This document shows, piece after piece, positions 1 to 11,232 of a DNA stretch of 64,000 nucleotides. How positions within the stretch are numbered: position 1 is the stretch's first letter; every line of letters starts with the position of its first letter. The notes below the pieces were generated by a model. It saw only the letters and a program-made list of their open reading frames with translations. It was not told where the DNA came from and ran no database searches. The position numbers were made by a program, and so were the translations under genes. The stretch is taken from contig NZ_PZOX01000005.1 of NCBI RefSeq assembly GCF_003044305.1, positions 259,493-323,492 on the forward strand. The letters are read 5' to 3'. The DNA comes from Vitiosangium sp. GDMCC 1.1324. Its GTDB lineage: Bacteria > Myxococcota > Myxococcia > Myxococcales > Myxococcaceae.

Positions 1-135
1 CTCCATCGAGGGACCATGATCGTCGCTCCCGCTCCCGGGACCAAGGGCGAACCGGTGGCCCGCTCGTGCCTCCCTGCTTGCTTCCCCGCCGCGGGTGAGC
101 CCTTGAGTTTCCGGCCCGGGCGGAGCCCGAGCGCG

Positions 136-3100
136 GCCTTCGACGCCTCTCGGCATCACGGCGAGCGGGACGGCCCTGCCGCCCGGTGTCCAGCGGTCCG
201 CCCAGTAGTGCTCAACGCCTCTCGGCATCACGACGAGCGGGACCGCCGCAACTCCGAGCGCTCCGATTCCAGTCATCGCGTGCTCAACGCCTCTCGGCAT
301 CACGGCGAGCGGGACACCACCCCCAGGCGGGCTGGCGGTTCATGCATGACACGTGCTCAACGCCTCTCGGCATCACGGCGAGCGGGACTCACGAAGATGG
401 ATCAGGATGGCGGCGGCACCATGTGCTCAACGCCTCTCGGCATCACGGCGAGCGGAACGCCCCGCCGGGCGTCTCGTACTGCAGCTCCCAGCAGTGCTCA
501 ACGCCTCTCGGCATCACGGCGAGCGGGACCGCGACGGGCAACGTCACCGTCTGGTGGAGGATGTGCTCAACGCCTCTCGGCATCACGGCGAGCGGGACCA
601 ACTGGCTGTTGTCCAAGAACGGGATTCATCTGTGATCAACGCCTCTCGGAATCACGGCGAGCGGGACCGCTCATCACCGGCGAGCCACATCGCCAGCGCC
701 TCATGTGCTCAACGCCTCTCGGCATTACGGCGAGCGGGACCGGGAGCGGCGCCGCCTTGCCCTCGGGGAAACGCAGGTGCTCAACGCCTCTCGGCATCAC
801 GGCGAGCGGGACTTCTCCGCGGACGGCACGACCTTCAGCAGACGCGCGGGTGCTCAACGCCTCTCGGCATCACGGCGAGCGGGACTTGGGCGCGGCCCCG
901 GTCAGGGCCAACCCCAGAGGTGCTCAACGCCTCTCGGCATCACGGCGAGCGGGACTGCGCCGCAACGGGACGGACAAGAAGAAGCACCCGTGCTCAACGC
1001 CTCTCGGCATCACGGCGAGCGGGACATGGGACATGTCATAGGCCCCCTCACGTGCTTGGAGTGCTCAACGCCTCTCGGCATCACGGCGAGCGGGACCATG
1101 GTGACGGGCATTCAGCTTGCCGGAGCCATGTGCTCAACGCCTCTCGGCATCACGGCGAGCGGGACGACACTTCCCACAGCCGGAGCGATGGACAGGTATG
1201 TGTGCTCAACGCCTCTCGGCATCACGGCGAGCGGGACCGCGAATCACCTACCAAGTGCGAAAGCTTCAGCTGGTGCTCAACGCCTCTCGGCATCACGGCG
1301 AGCGGGACGGAGCGTGTGCAGGCACGCGCGCTCGTCCTCCTGTGCTCAACGCCTCTCGGCATCACGGCGAGAGGGACAAACAACGCCCTCCACCCAGTCC
1401 CACCACTCAATCTGTGCTCAACGCCTCTCGGCATCACGGCGAGCGGGACTGGCGGCCGGAAGCGCCGCTACGCCAACGTGTGGTCGTGCTCAACGCCTCT
1501 CGGCATCACGGCGAGCGGGACCGGAGGGGCCCTCGAGCTGGGTCTTCCGAATCTCGCGTGCTCAACGCCTCTCGGCATCACGGCGAGCGGGACAGCAGGT
1601 GGCCAGCGCCTACAACGTGCCACCCTTCCAGTGCTCAACGCCTCTCGGCATCACGGCGAGCGGGACCGCCGAGGGCAAGCAGGTGCTGCAGGCCAATCTC
1701 GTGCTCAACGCCTCTCGGCATCACGGCGAGCGGGACACGCCAAGGCCATTGACCCACTTGGCGCGCACAAAGTGCTCAACGCCTCTCGGCATCACGGCGA
1801 GCGGGACACCACTGGCTCCAGGCAGTCAATACACGCGAGGTATTTGTGCTCAACGCCTCTCGGCATCACGGCGAGCGGGACTTGGACTTCTTCAAGCGCT
1901 TCCTCGCTTCGCCCTTCTGTGCTCAACGCCTCTCGGCATCACGGCGAGCGGGACTGAATCACCTTCCGCTTCTTTGGATTCGTCTCACGGTGCTCAACGC
2001 CTCTCGGCATCACGGCGAGCGGGATCGGGGCGGACCATTTTCATTTAAGGAGCGCCCAGTGCTCAACGCCTCTCGGCATCACGGCGAGCGGGACCATGTC
2101 GACCATTTCCAAGAGGTGTTCCACGAAGTGCTCAACGCCTCTCGGCATCACGGCGAGCGGGACACACGAGGCTCTCTGGCGACGATTTGTCCTATGGGTG
2201 CTCAACGCCTCTCGGCATCACGGCAAGCGGGACCCCAGAAGGTGCAGGACGACGGCATCGAGGTGTAGTGCTCAACGCCTCTCGGCATCACGGCGAGCGG
2301 GACCAGGCCCGCGATCGCTTCGAGGCAGAATTGAAGCGGTGCTCAACGCCTCTCGGCATCACGGCGAGCGGGACCTCATCACCGCGTGGGCACTCGGGTG
2401 GGCACATGAGTGCTCAACGCCTCTCGGCATCACGGCGAGCGGGACGACTCATGAGGGGGTGCTGACATGGCCCGCATCCGCAGGTGCTCAACGCCTCTCG
2501 GCATCACGGCGAGCGGGACCCCCGAGGACTTCAACGCCTACGGCCTGCGCAAGTGCTCAACGCCTCTCGGCATCACGGCGAGCGGGACCGCCATAGGACG
2601 CTGACCGATGCTGCGCGCTGGTAGTGCTCAACGCCTCTCGGCATCACGGCGAGCGGGACCGGCGGGCGAGACCATCAAGGCCGAAATCAGCCTGTGCTCA
2701 ACGCCTCTCGGCATCACGGCGAGCGGGACACCTCAGCCACCAGCTCCTCCAGGGAGCCGTTACGGTGCTCAACGCCTCTCGGCATCACGGCGAGCGGGAC
2801 CTGCCGCCGCACACAGGACCAGGGATCTCGTGGGGTGTGCTCAACGCCTCTCGGCATCACGGCGAGCGGGACACTACGAAGACCTACGCGGGCAGAAGTC
2901 GCACCTCAAGTGCTCAACGCCTCTCGGCATCACGGCGAGCGGGACTTCGGCTTCCGGGTGCATACGAGCCGCAGCCAGTGTGCTCAACGCCTCTCGGCAT
3001 CACGGCGAGCGGGACTACGAGGACCTCCGCGGGCAGAAGAGCCACCTGAAGTGCTCAACGCCTCTCGGCATCACGGCGAGCGGGACCATCCGCCGCGTCC

Positions 3101-6100
3101 CCTTGAAATGGGCGGTTGCAGTGCTCAACGCCTCTCGGCATCACGGCGAGCGGGACGGGCGAGGGGCACGTTTGACTGCTACCGCTGCGAGCTTGTGCTC
3201 AACGCCTCTCGGCATCACGGCGAGCGGGACTGGTGAAGGGCCTGAGTGAGATGGCCGCCAAGCTCAAGTGCTCAACGCCTCTCGGCATCACGGCGAGCGG
3301 GACGAGCTCACGCCTTCACCTCATTGCGTCGCTTGTTGAAGTGCTCAACGCCTCTCGGCATCACGGCGAGCGGGACGAGATGCAGGCCATCAGGGGACGC
3401 ATGCGCATCCTGTGCTCAACGCCTCTCGGCATCACGGCGAGCGGGACCATTACAACCGCGTCAACGATTACAAGCTCAAGTCGTGCTCAACGCCTCTCGG
3501 CATCACGGCGAGCGGGACATGACCGGTCCTCCTCAGAAGACTTCGTTCCCGTCGTGCTCAACGCCTCTCGGCATCACGGCGAGCGGGACCTGGGTGGGTT
3601 CGTCTCCAACCGGTTCAGCAAGAAGTGCTCAACGCCTCTCGGCATCACGGCGAGCGGGACCACGGGGGATGGATACGTCCTTGCGCGCCTTCACGTGCTC
3701 AACGCCTCTCGGCATCACGGCGAGCGGGACGATGCACCACGAGCAGGACGCCATTCCACTTCATGTGCTCAACGCCTCTCGGCATCACGGCGAGCGGGAC
3801 ATGCATGTGCTGGCGCGTGTCCTTTCGGGGAGCCTGTGCTCAACGCCTCTCGGCATCACGGCGAGCGGGACGCGCTCTCCCATGGTGAAGAGCCCCGTTG
3901 AGCCTCCCGTACTCAACGCCTCTCGGCATCACGGCGAGCGGGACTTCATCTCGGAGAAGGCCCTGTGAATCTCGAGGAGAGTGCTCAACGCCTCTCGGCA
4001 TCACGGCGAGCGGGACATGGGGGCGATGGCAACCAACACCGCCATAATCGTGTGCTCAACGCCTCTCGGCATCACGGCGAGCGGGACTGCCGGGCTTCAC
4101 CCTGGTGAACGACATCTGCATGTGCTCAACGCCTCTCGGCATCACGGCGAGCGGGACGGTTCAACTCCACCCTGCTCGCCCTGCCTAACCAGTGCTCAAC
4201 GCATCTCGGCATCACGGCGAGCGGGACTCTCCGCCACTCTCGGCAACAAGGATGCCCTAGAACTTGTGCTCAACGCCTCTCGGCATCACGGCGAGCGGGA
4301 CGCGAAGGCCAAGGGCTACTCCGTCATCGTCTCCACGTGCTCAACGCCTCTCGGCATCACGGCGAGCGGGACCCACATCTCTTCCAGAAGGATGGACAGG
4401 CGTACCTGTGCTCAACGCCTCTCGGCATCACGGCGAGCGGGACCAGGTCGGCGACGCCCGTGGCCTTGAGCCCGCCCCCTTTGTGCTCAACGCCTCTCGG
4501 CATCACGGCGAGCGGGACGGGCCGGGACGAGGAATCCGTCCGAGCGCATCACGAAGTGCTCAACGCCTCTCGGCATCACGGCGAGCGGGACGTACTGCTC
4601 GCGGAACACGTCCGCCTTCTCGAGGTGCTCAACGCCTCTCGGCCTCACGGCGAGCGGGACCAGTGGGCGCCTTCAAGCGGAAGGCGGGGCACGAGTGCTC
4701 AACGCCTCTCGGCATCACGGCGAGCGGGACCAGGTGGTCACCCCCCTCTCGGGCATCTCCTCCGTGTACTCAACGCCTCTCGGCATCACGGCGAGCGGGA
4801 CCCGCGAGGCCCCGGTGCTTCCGCCCGAGCCCGTGGAGTGCTCAACGCCTCTCGGCATCACGGCGAGCGGGACCCGCGAGGCCCCGGTGCTTCCGCCCGA
4901 GCCCGTGGAGTGCTCAACGCCTCTCGGCATCACGGCGAGCGGGACTTGGACCGTGTCCTTGACGCGCTTCCACTCCGGCCAGTGCTCAACGCCTCTCGGC
5001 ATCACGGCGAGCGGGACCGGCCCCACGGGCGCGCCCCTGAACCGCGTCTCGGGGTGCTCAACGCCTCTCGGCATCACGGCGAGCAGGACACGATGGACGT
5101 GCACACGTCCCAACCTGTTCAAGTGCTCAACGCCTCTCGGCATCACGGCGAGCGGGACCGAGGATCTGCGCCTGTCGCACCGCGCACTCATGGTGCTCAA
5201 CGCCTCTCGGCATCACGGCGAGCGGGACTCCGCTGGCCCGGCCTGACTCACGTCCGCTTCACGGTGCTCAACGCCTCTCGGCATCACGGCGAGCGGGACT
5301 GCGATGGCGCCAGATGGCTCGAGCTCGTCCAGGTGTGCTCAACGCCTCTCGGCATCACGGCGAGCGGGACTGGGGAAGACCGGCGCGGATGTGACGACGG
5401 CAACCGCGTGCTCAACGCCTCTCGGCATCACGGCGAGCGGGACCAACCGGCTGGACTTCTTCCTGCCGCCCAATCTGTGCTCAACGCCTCTCGGCATCAC
5501 GGCGAGCGGGACTGACGCCTGCGAACGTGATGAAGGCGCACGGGCAGTGCTCAACGCCTCTCGGCATCACGGCGAGCGGGACAACGCCAAGGTCATCGTC
5601 ACCAACGTCGAGTGCTCAACGCCTCTCGGCATCACGGCGAGCGGGACCGCCGATTCCGTTGAGGTCGGTCGCGGGTTCTTCTCGTGCTCAACGCCTCTCG
5701 GCATCACGGCGAGCGGGACGTCTCGTCGAGAATCGAGGATTCTTCCTCACCTTCGAGTGCTCAACGCCTCTCGGCATCACGGCGAGCGGGACGCCTGATT
5801 CTGATTCGCCCCGGTGCTCCGTTAAGTGCTCAACGCCTCTCGGCATCACGGCGAGCGGGACAATGAGAAGGAGCGCCACGCACAGCGCCTGCGCGACTTG
5901 TGCTCAACGCCTCTCGGCATCACGGCGAGCGGGACGTGACGTGCATAGATGGACGTCGCGACGGGATCGGTGCTCAACGCCTCTCGGCATCACGGCGAGC
6001 GGGACCACTGCTCGCGGCCAGCGACGTCCCACTGGGCGCTGTGCTCAACGCCTCTCGGCATCACGGCGAGCGGGACGCGCGACGTACATGGATGACCCCC

Positions 6101-8294
6101 TCTACAACCCCAAGTGCTCAACGCCTCTCGGCATCACAGCGAGCGGGACATCTGCCGCGCGGCCGCTGCCACCCGGTGCACGTTGTGCTCAACGCCTCTC
6201 GGCATCACGGCGAGCGGGACCCACGCTGCTGAAGAGCGCGCGCGTCGGGTACACGCTGTGCTCAACGCCTCTCGGCATCACGGCGAGCGGGACTGCCGGC
6301 CGCCACTGCCATGTCCACGAGGTACACGTGCTCAACGCCTCTCGGCATCACGGCGAGCGGGACCATGCAGACGCCGCCGGACCGCGACCCCTTCCTGTGC
6401 TCAACGCCTCTCGGCATCACGGCGAGCGGGACGACCGACAGCAAGTTGCCGTCTACGGGCGGGAAGACGTGCTCAACGCCTCTCGGCATCACGGCGAGCG
6501 GGACTTTAATGCGGCTGGGGTCTGGCCACCCAATCAGGGCTGTGCTCAACGCCTCTCGGCATCACGGCGAGCGGGACTGCCGCCGCACACAGGACCAGGG
6601 ATCTCGTGGGGGGGTGCTCAACGCCTCTCGGCATCACGGCGAGCGGGACCCACTGCGGAGAAGTACAGGCCGCAGTGCGGGATTAGTGCTCAACGCCTCT
6701 CGGCATCACGGCGAGCGGGACCATGTACAAGCGATTCTGGGAAGTCCGCAACAGGTGCTCAACGCCTCTCGGCATCACGGCGAGCGGGACGAAGTGATAA
6801 CTCTCTTGATTGCACGTTTCGATAGTGCTCAACGCCTCTCGGCATCACGGCGAGCGGGACCAAACAGGCGGGGGACGTGCACCGTTTTGCCGTCATGTGC
6901 TCAACGCCTCTCGGCATCACGGCGAGCGGGACGGCCCGGAACAAGGGCACGGCGGGCAACGACATCGAGTGCTCAACGCCTCTCGGCATCACGGCGAGCG
7001 GGACGGAGTCTCTTGAAAGAGGGCAAAAGGTTCTCGTCAGCGAGTGCTCAACGCCTCTCGGCATCACGGCGAGCGGGACCCAACACGGAGTGGACCACGC
7101 GGTACGCCCCCCCAGGTGCTCAACGCCTCTCGGCATCACGGCGAGCGGGACACTGCCTCCCCGAGGATTCGCAGCGGCTCCAGGTGGTGCTCAACGCCTC
7201 TCGGCATCACGGCGAGCGGGACGGGCACTCTTGATGGAACCTGCTGCCGAATCGCCCTCGTGCTCAACGCCTCTCGGCATCACGGCGAGCGGGACCGGCG
7301 GGACGATCAGCAACATCGTGACGGCGACATGTGCTCAACGCCTCTCGGCATCACGGCGAGCGGGACTGTATGCTGAAGGCGACAAGCCATCGCGTGATTG
7401 AGTGCTCAACGCCTCTCGGCATCACGGCGAGCGGGACAACAACGGCATCAGCATCAGCGGCAACAAGCTCGTGTGCTCAACGCCTCTCGGCATCACGGCG
7501 AGCGGGACGTGGCCATCAGCGCCAGTCAGGCGGCCAATCTGCTGTGCTCAACGCCTCTCGGCATCACGGCGAGCGGGACTGCTCAGCCATGGAGCGCCAG
7601 CCGCTCTCCACGCTGTGCTCAACGCCTCTCGGCATCACGGCGAGCGGGACTGTCCACGTTCACTGACAACGAAGCAGCCGTGTAGTGCTCAACGCCTCTC
7701 GGCATCACGGCGAGCGGGACCTGAACTTCCGGCTGCCGCCGAACATCGCCAACCAGTTGTGCTCAACGCCTCTCGGCATCACGGCGAGCGGGACTGGACC
7801 AGACTGGGTTGTTCCCCTACATGGAATAGTGCTCAACGCCTCTCGGCATCACGGCGAGCGGGACAGTGGCGGCAGATTCTGCTGATCGTCAAGGCCCGGT
7901 GCTCCACCAGCGCCCGACTGCGCGTCATCGGCGCCATCACGTGGCGGCAGATTCTGCTGATCGTCAAGGCCCGGTGCTCAACGCCTCTCGGCATCACGGC
8001 GAGCGGGACACTCGAGCATCTTCTTCCCGGAGGTATTGGCCATGTGCTCAACGCCTCTCGGCATCACGGCGAGCGGGACCCTTGACGGTCTGGACGCCGA
8101 AGATGAGCGAACGCGTGTGCTCAACGCCTCTCGGCATCACGGCGAGCGGGACTGGGGGTGTACTGCGGGCCCGAGGGGGCTTTCTTGTGCTCAACGCCTC
8201 TCGGCATCACGGCGAGCGGGACCAGCGGGTCGGGCAAGGTGCCGAGCCCCAAGACCGGGTGCTCAACGCCTCTCGGCATCACGGCGAGCGGGAC
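136..8294 (-). CRISPR. CRISPR array, about 112 copies of a 36-bp direct repeat (+ strand reading GTGCTCAACGCCTCTCGGCATCACGGCGAGCGGGAC); spacers 33-38 bp, period 72-73 bp
   Basis: Repeat is directly visible at about 72-bp spacing from 208 to 8294, with a truncated or degenerate terminal copy at 136-171. Point-mutated repeats cluster at the low-coordinate end (208-243 G>A, 640-675, 705-740, 4766-4801), marking that end as leader-distal. The lower-GC stretch 8295-8537 next to cas2 is the likely leader, so the array is probably transcribed on the minus strand. The reverse-complement repeat ends GTTGAGCAC, resembling the common ATTGAAAC-type 3-prime end. Confidence 0.97.
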
Positions 8295-8537
8295 TGCGGG
8301 CACCAATTCCCTCGTAGTTCCGCATACTTACGAGCCAGGTATTCATGCACCTCCTTGCCTCCCCGGAGACGGGCCACCCAAGCTCCCGCCCCGGCCTCCA
8401 ACCTCGCATGATCGCTGGGGAATTTCCAATCATGCACCTATTCAGTTCCCAAAGAGCTTCCAACTCCTTGATTCTACTTGCACATTCCCCACTTTCCACC
8501 CCCGCCCCACTCCGCCACGCCCCGGTGCTTGAATGTC
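8295..8537 (-). promoter_or_regulatory. Putative CRISPR leader (lower GC, pyrimidine-rich) between cas2 and the first repeat
   Basis: Non-coding stretch with GC clearly lower than its surroundings. It sits between the cas2 stop and the best-conserved end of the array. The small ORFs here are implausible. Confidence 0.45.
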
Positions 8538-8831
8538 TCATAGTACACGGAACGGTGCCGGCTCCTCCGGCCACCCCTCCTTCGGATTGATGGCCCTCAC
8601 CCGCTCCACACACCCGCCACACAGGCCAATCACCAGCAAGGTGTCCTCCTGCTCCATCACCTGGGAGAGTTCCCAGCGCAGCTTCTCCCGGTCCCGGTCG
8701 GTCAGCGAGCAGCGGAACACGGAGAGTTGCAGCCGCTCCCCATAGCCCCTCATCAGGTCATACACCTTGCGCCAGCGCTTCGGGCTGCGGATGTCGTAGG
8801 TCATCAGGTACCAGCGTCTCGGCTCGGCCAT
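8538..8831 (-). CDS. cas2: CRISPR-associated endoribonuclease Cas2
   Basis: 97 aa. The sequence [41 protein letters not shown] is typical Cas2. It lies immediately array-proximal and is separated from cas1 by 3 nt. Confidence 0.9.
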   Translation of the reverse strand: MAEPRRWYLMTYDIRSPKRWRKVYDLMRGYGERLQLSVFRCSLTDRDREKLRWELSQVMEQEDTLLVIGLCGGCVERVRAINPKEGWPEEPAPFRVL

Positions 8832-8834
8832 GGC

Positions 8835-10478
8835 TCACCTCAGTCGGAACTTCGCGAAGAGACCCGGGCTGCCGGTCCACTCCTTCTCCAGCAGCCGCAC
8901 CTCCAACTCCACCATCCGCGCGTAGCTCAGCGAGTAGCCCAGCACGTTGTGCTTCCACGTCTCGCGCTTGCGCCGCTCGTACAGCTCGATGGCCTTGGCC
9001 CTGCCCGCCTTGCTCAGCCACACGTGCTCGGGCGTCAACTCGAAGTCCGCTTCCGGGTCCCACGCCTTGCGGTTGATGGAGGCCACCAGGGGCATGTCCA
9101 CCAGGGGCACCCGGAACTGCTCCATCAGGTCCAGCCCCAGCGGCCCCGCCGAGCTGCGCGGCTGGTGGTAGAAGCCGAACGCCGGGTCCAGCCCCACCGC
9201 GATGATGGCGGCCTCCACCTCCCGGTGCACCAGGTTGTAGAGGAAGCCGAGCACCGCGTTGAAGCGGTCGCGAGGAGGCCGGCGGTTGCGCCCATCGAAG
9301 CGCATCCGCGCGTCCACGTCCTCGCCCAGCAAGGAGGGCAAGGCCCCGAAGTAGCGCGCCGCCGCGGCCCCTTCCACGCCCCGCAGCGAGTCCAGGGAGC
9401 CGGCCTCCAGGCACCTGGGCAGCAGGGCGCGGAGGTCCCTCAAGGCCACCGCCACGTCCGAGCGGGCCTCGGGCTCGCCGCGCGAGGCGCGCAGCAGGAA
9501 GCGCAGCTGCCCATCCACCTTGGCCAGCACCAGCCGGCGCGCCAGCGCGAGGCACACCTGCTCCTGCCGCAGCGCCTCGTACTGCCGCAGCCGCCGCTGG
9601 ACGTTGCCGCCACCGCCGCCCAGCCCTCCCAGGTAACGCCCTCCCGCGGTGAACCAGTGCACGCCAATGGCGTTGTGCACGCACAACCCGAGCGCCTGCG
9701 CGCTCACCTGTACCGCGCCGTGGGCGATGAGCGCGGACACGGTGCGCACCGGAACCCGCACCTCCTCGCCCTCCGGCGGCGCCACCACGAGCTGCTCCGC
9801 CTCGCGGCCCACCCGCGAGCCCGGCACCGTCACGTGCAGCACCTGCCGCGTGTCATCCTCGGGGAAGAGCCGGGGCCGGGGCTCTCCGGCGGGCTTCACC
9901 CGCTCCTCTTCCGGCAGGCACACCGGCGCCAGCGAGCAGCGGGCGCACTTGCGCTCCTCCGCCGTCACCGGGGGCCGCGCCGGGCGGGCCCGCAGCGTCC
10001 GGGCGCGCGCCACCGCCTCGCGCACCTGCTGCCGCAGCGGCTCGTCCAGGGGGAAGCGAACGGTGGTGTCCTGCTGGTGGTAGCGCACCCGGCACTCGAT
10101 GGGGCCTCCAGGGAAGCGCTCCTCGGCCAGCAGCGCGTAGGCGCCCGCCTGGAGCCGATCGCTCGGCCAGGCTTCCGGCCCCTGCTTGCCCTGCGCCGGC
10201 CGGCCCCGCTTGTGCTCGTACACCACCAGCACTCCGTCCCGGCGCCGCACGGCGTCCACCTTGCCGTGCAGCCCCAGGGCCTCGCTGGCCAGCTCCAGCT
10301 CCACCCGCTCGCCGTCCTCCGCCAGCTCCACGTGCAGCCGCCGCCCCGCGTACACCGCCGCGTCCGCCACCCGTATTTCCTCCACCTCCTCCAGGTAGAA
10401 GAGCCGCTCGCAGTACGCCAGCGCGTGCAGCGCATGCACGCGGATGGACTCCGTGCCAGGTTCCGCCCCCATGAACAT
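8835..10478 (-). CDS. cas4/cas1: Cas4-Cas1 fusion protein (N-terminal RecB-like Cas4 nuclease domain with Cys cluster, C-terminal Cas1 integrase)
   Basis: N-terminal LAYCERLFYL, VVYEHKRG (E-x-K nuclease motif) and CARCSLAPVC (Fe-S cysteines). C-terminal GFLYNLVHREVEAAIIAVGLDPAFGFYH matches the Cas1 core. 547 aa. Confidence 0.9.
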   Translation of the reverse strand: MFMGAEPGTESIRVHALHALAYCERLFYLEEVEEIRVADAAVYAGRRLHVELAEDGERVELELASEALGLHGKVDAVRRRDGVLVVYEHKRGRPAQGKQGPEAWPSDRLQAGAYALLAEERFPGGPIECRVRYHQQDTTVRFPLDEPLRQQVREAVARARTLRARPARPPVTAEERKCARCSLAPVCLPEEERVKPAGEPRPRLFPEDDTRQVLHVTVPGSRVGREAEQLVVAPPEGEEVRVPVRTVSALIAHGAVQVSAQALGLCVHNAIGVHWFTAGGRYLGGLGGGGGNVQRRLRQYEALRQEQVCLALARRLVLAKVDGQLRFLLRASRGEPEARSDVAVALRDLRALLPRCLEAGSLDSLRGVEGAAAARYFGALPSLLGEDVDARMRFDGRNRRPPRDRFNAVLGFLYNLVHREVEAAIIAVGLDPAFGFYHQPRSSAGPLGLDLMEQFRVPLVDMPLVASINRKAWDPEADFELTPEHVWLSKAGRAKAIELYERRKRETWKHNVLGYSLSYARMVELEVRLLEKEWTGSPGLFAKFRLR

Positions 10479-10545
10479 GACCTCCGCAGTGAGGCGGCGG
10501 AGGTTACTCGATTCGTCGGGTATGTCGAGCCCCCCCGGCCCGCCG

Positions 10546-11232
10546 TCAGGCCTGGCGGCGGCGGCGAGCCCCCGAGGGCCGCCCCGCCTCCGGGGAGTCC
10601 GCCAGGGGAATGCGGGGCAGTTGCTCGGGGCGCGGGGCTTCGCGCAGCGGCTTCAGCGAGCCCACCGCGTACCGCGACCCCCGCGAGCCCACGTGGTCCA
10701 CCCAGACGGGGAGCGTCACGCCCCCCTCCGGCTCGTGCACGAAGGCGCGGCACTCGGTGGGAGGCCGGCTGTCGGGGAGGAGCCGGACGTCGTTGATGAG
10801 GTGGGTGGACTCGCCGAGACACCAGCCTCCAAACCGCTCCACCGTCCACGGCTCCCGCAGGGCGCGCACCACCCGCTGCTCCAGGCGCTCGCCCCCGCCG
10901 TCCGGCTCCTCGGAGCTGTCGCACCACACCACCAGCCGCGCGTCGAGCACGAGTTGCTGGAAGTCGGGGCCCGCGTTCTCGCCCACGCCCTGCGGCGTCC
11001 GGGCGTCCTTTATCTGCCAGAGCGTGCGCAGCACCACGCTGGTGGCGGGCGCGTTCAGCAGCCCCGCGCTCACGCGGCAGCCGCGGTGGCGCTCCCGGTC
11101 CCGCTCTCCCACGAGCGACAGCAACGCGCCATAGCAGGTAGCCGGAGGGGGCAGCACCTCGCTCTCCAGGAACTCGCGCGCCCGCCCCTTGCGCCAGCAG
11201 GCCACGGGCACGCTCAGCTCGAGCGCAATCAC
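10546..11232 (-). CDS. cas5: Cas5 family RAMP protein (about 228 aa), GTG start overlapping the cas7 stop (GTGA)
   Basis: N-terminus VIALELSVPVACWRKGRAREFLESEVLPPPATCYGALLSLVGERDRE matches the Cas5/CasD pattern (L.L..P.a.W......r.T.P.PS...GLL.a..G). The upstream part of the listed 336-aa ORF overlaps cas7 and is not coding. Confidence 0.75.
   Translation of the reverse strand: MIALELSVPVACWRKGRAREFLESEVLPPPATCYGALLSLVGERDRERHRGCRVSAGLLNAPATSVVLRTLWQIKDARTPQGVGENAGPDFQQLVLDARLVVWCDSSEEPDGGGERLEQRVVRALREPWTVERFGGWCLGESTHLINDVRLLPDSRPPTECRAFVHEPEGGVTLPVWVDHVGSRGSRYAVGSLKPLREAPRPEQLPRIPLADSPEAGRPSGARRRRQA

Noticed and set aside
16-8411. Dozens of long ORFs (up to 534 aa) with reiterated peptides such as VLNASRHHGERD, CSTPLGITASGT and AQRLSASRRAG
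   Set aside because: They are the three-frame translations of the 36-bp CRISPR repeat on each strand. Periodic repeat DNA cannot be a gene.
8727-10796. 689-aa + strand ORF and several 300-550-aa ORFs across the cas operon (8758-9684, 9965-11356, 11289-13844, 11926-13314, 12131-13183)
   Set aside because: They are antisense or out of frame relative to the clear cas4/cas1, cas5, cas7 and cas8 reading frames. They are low-complexity read-through typical of about 70% GC DNA.
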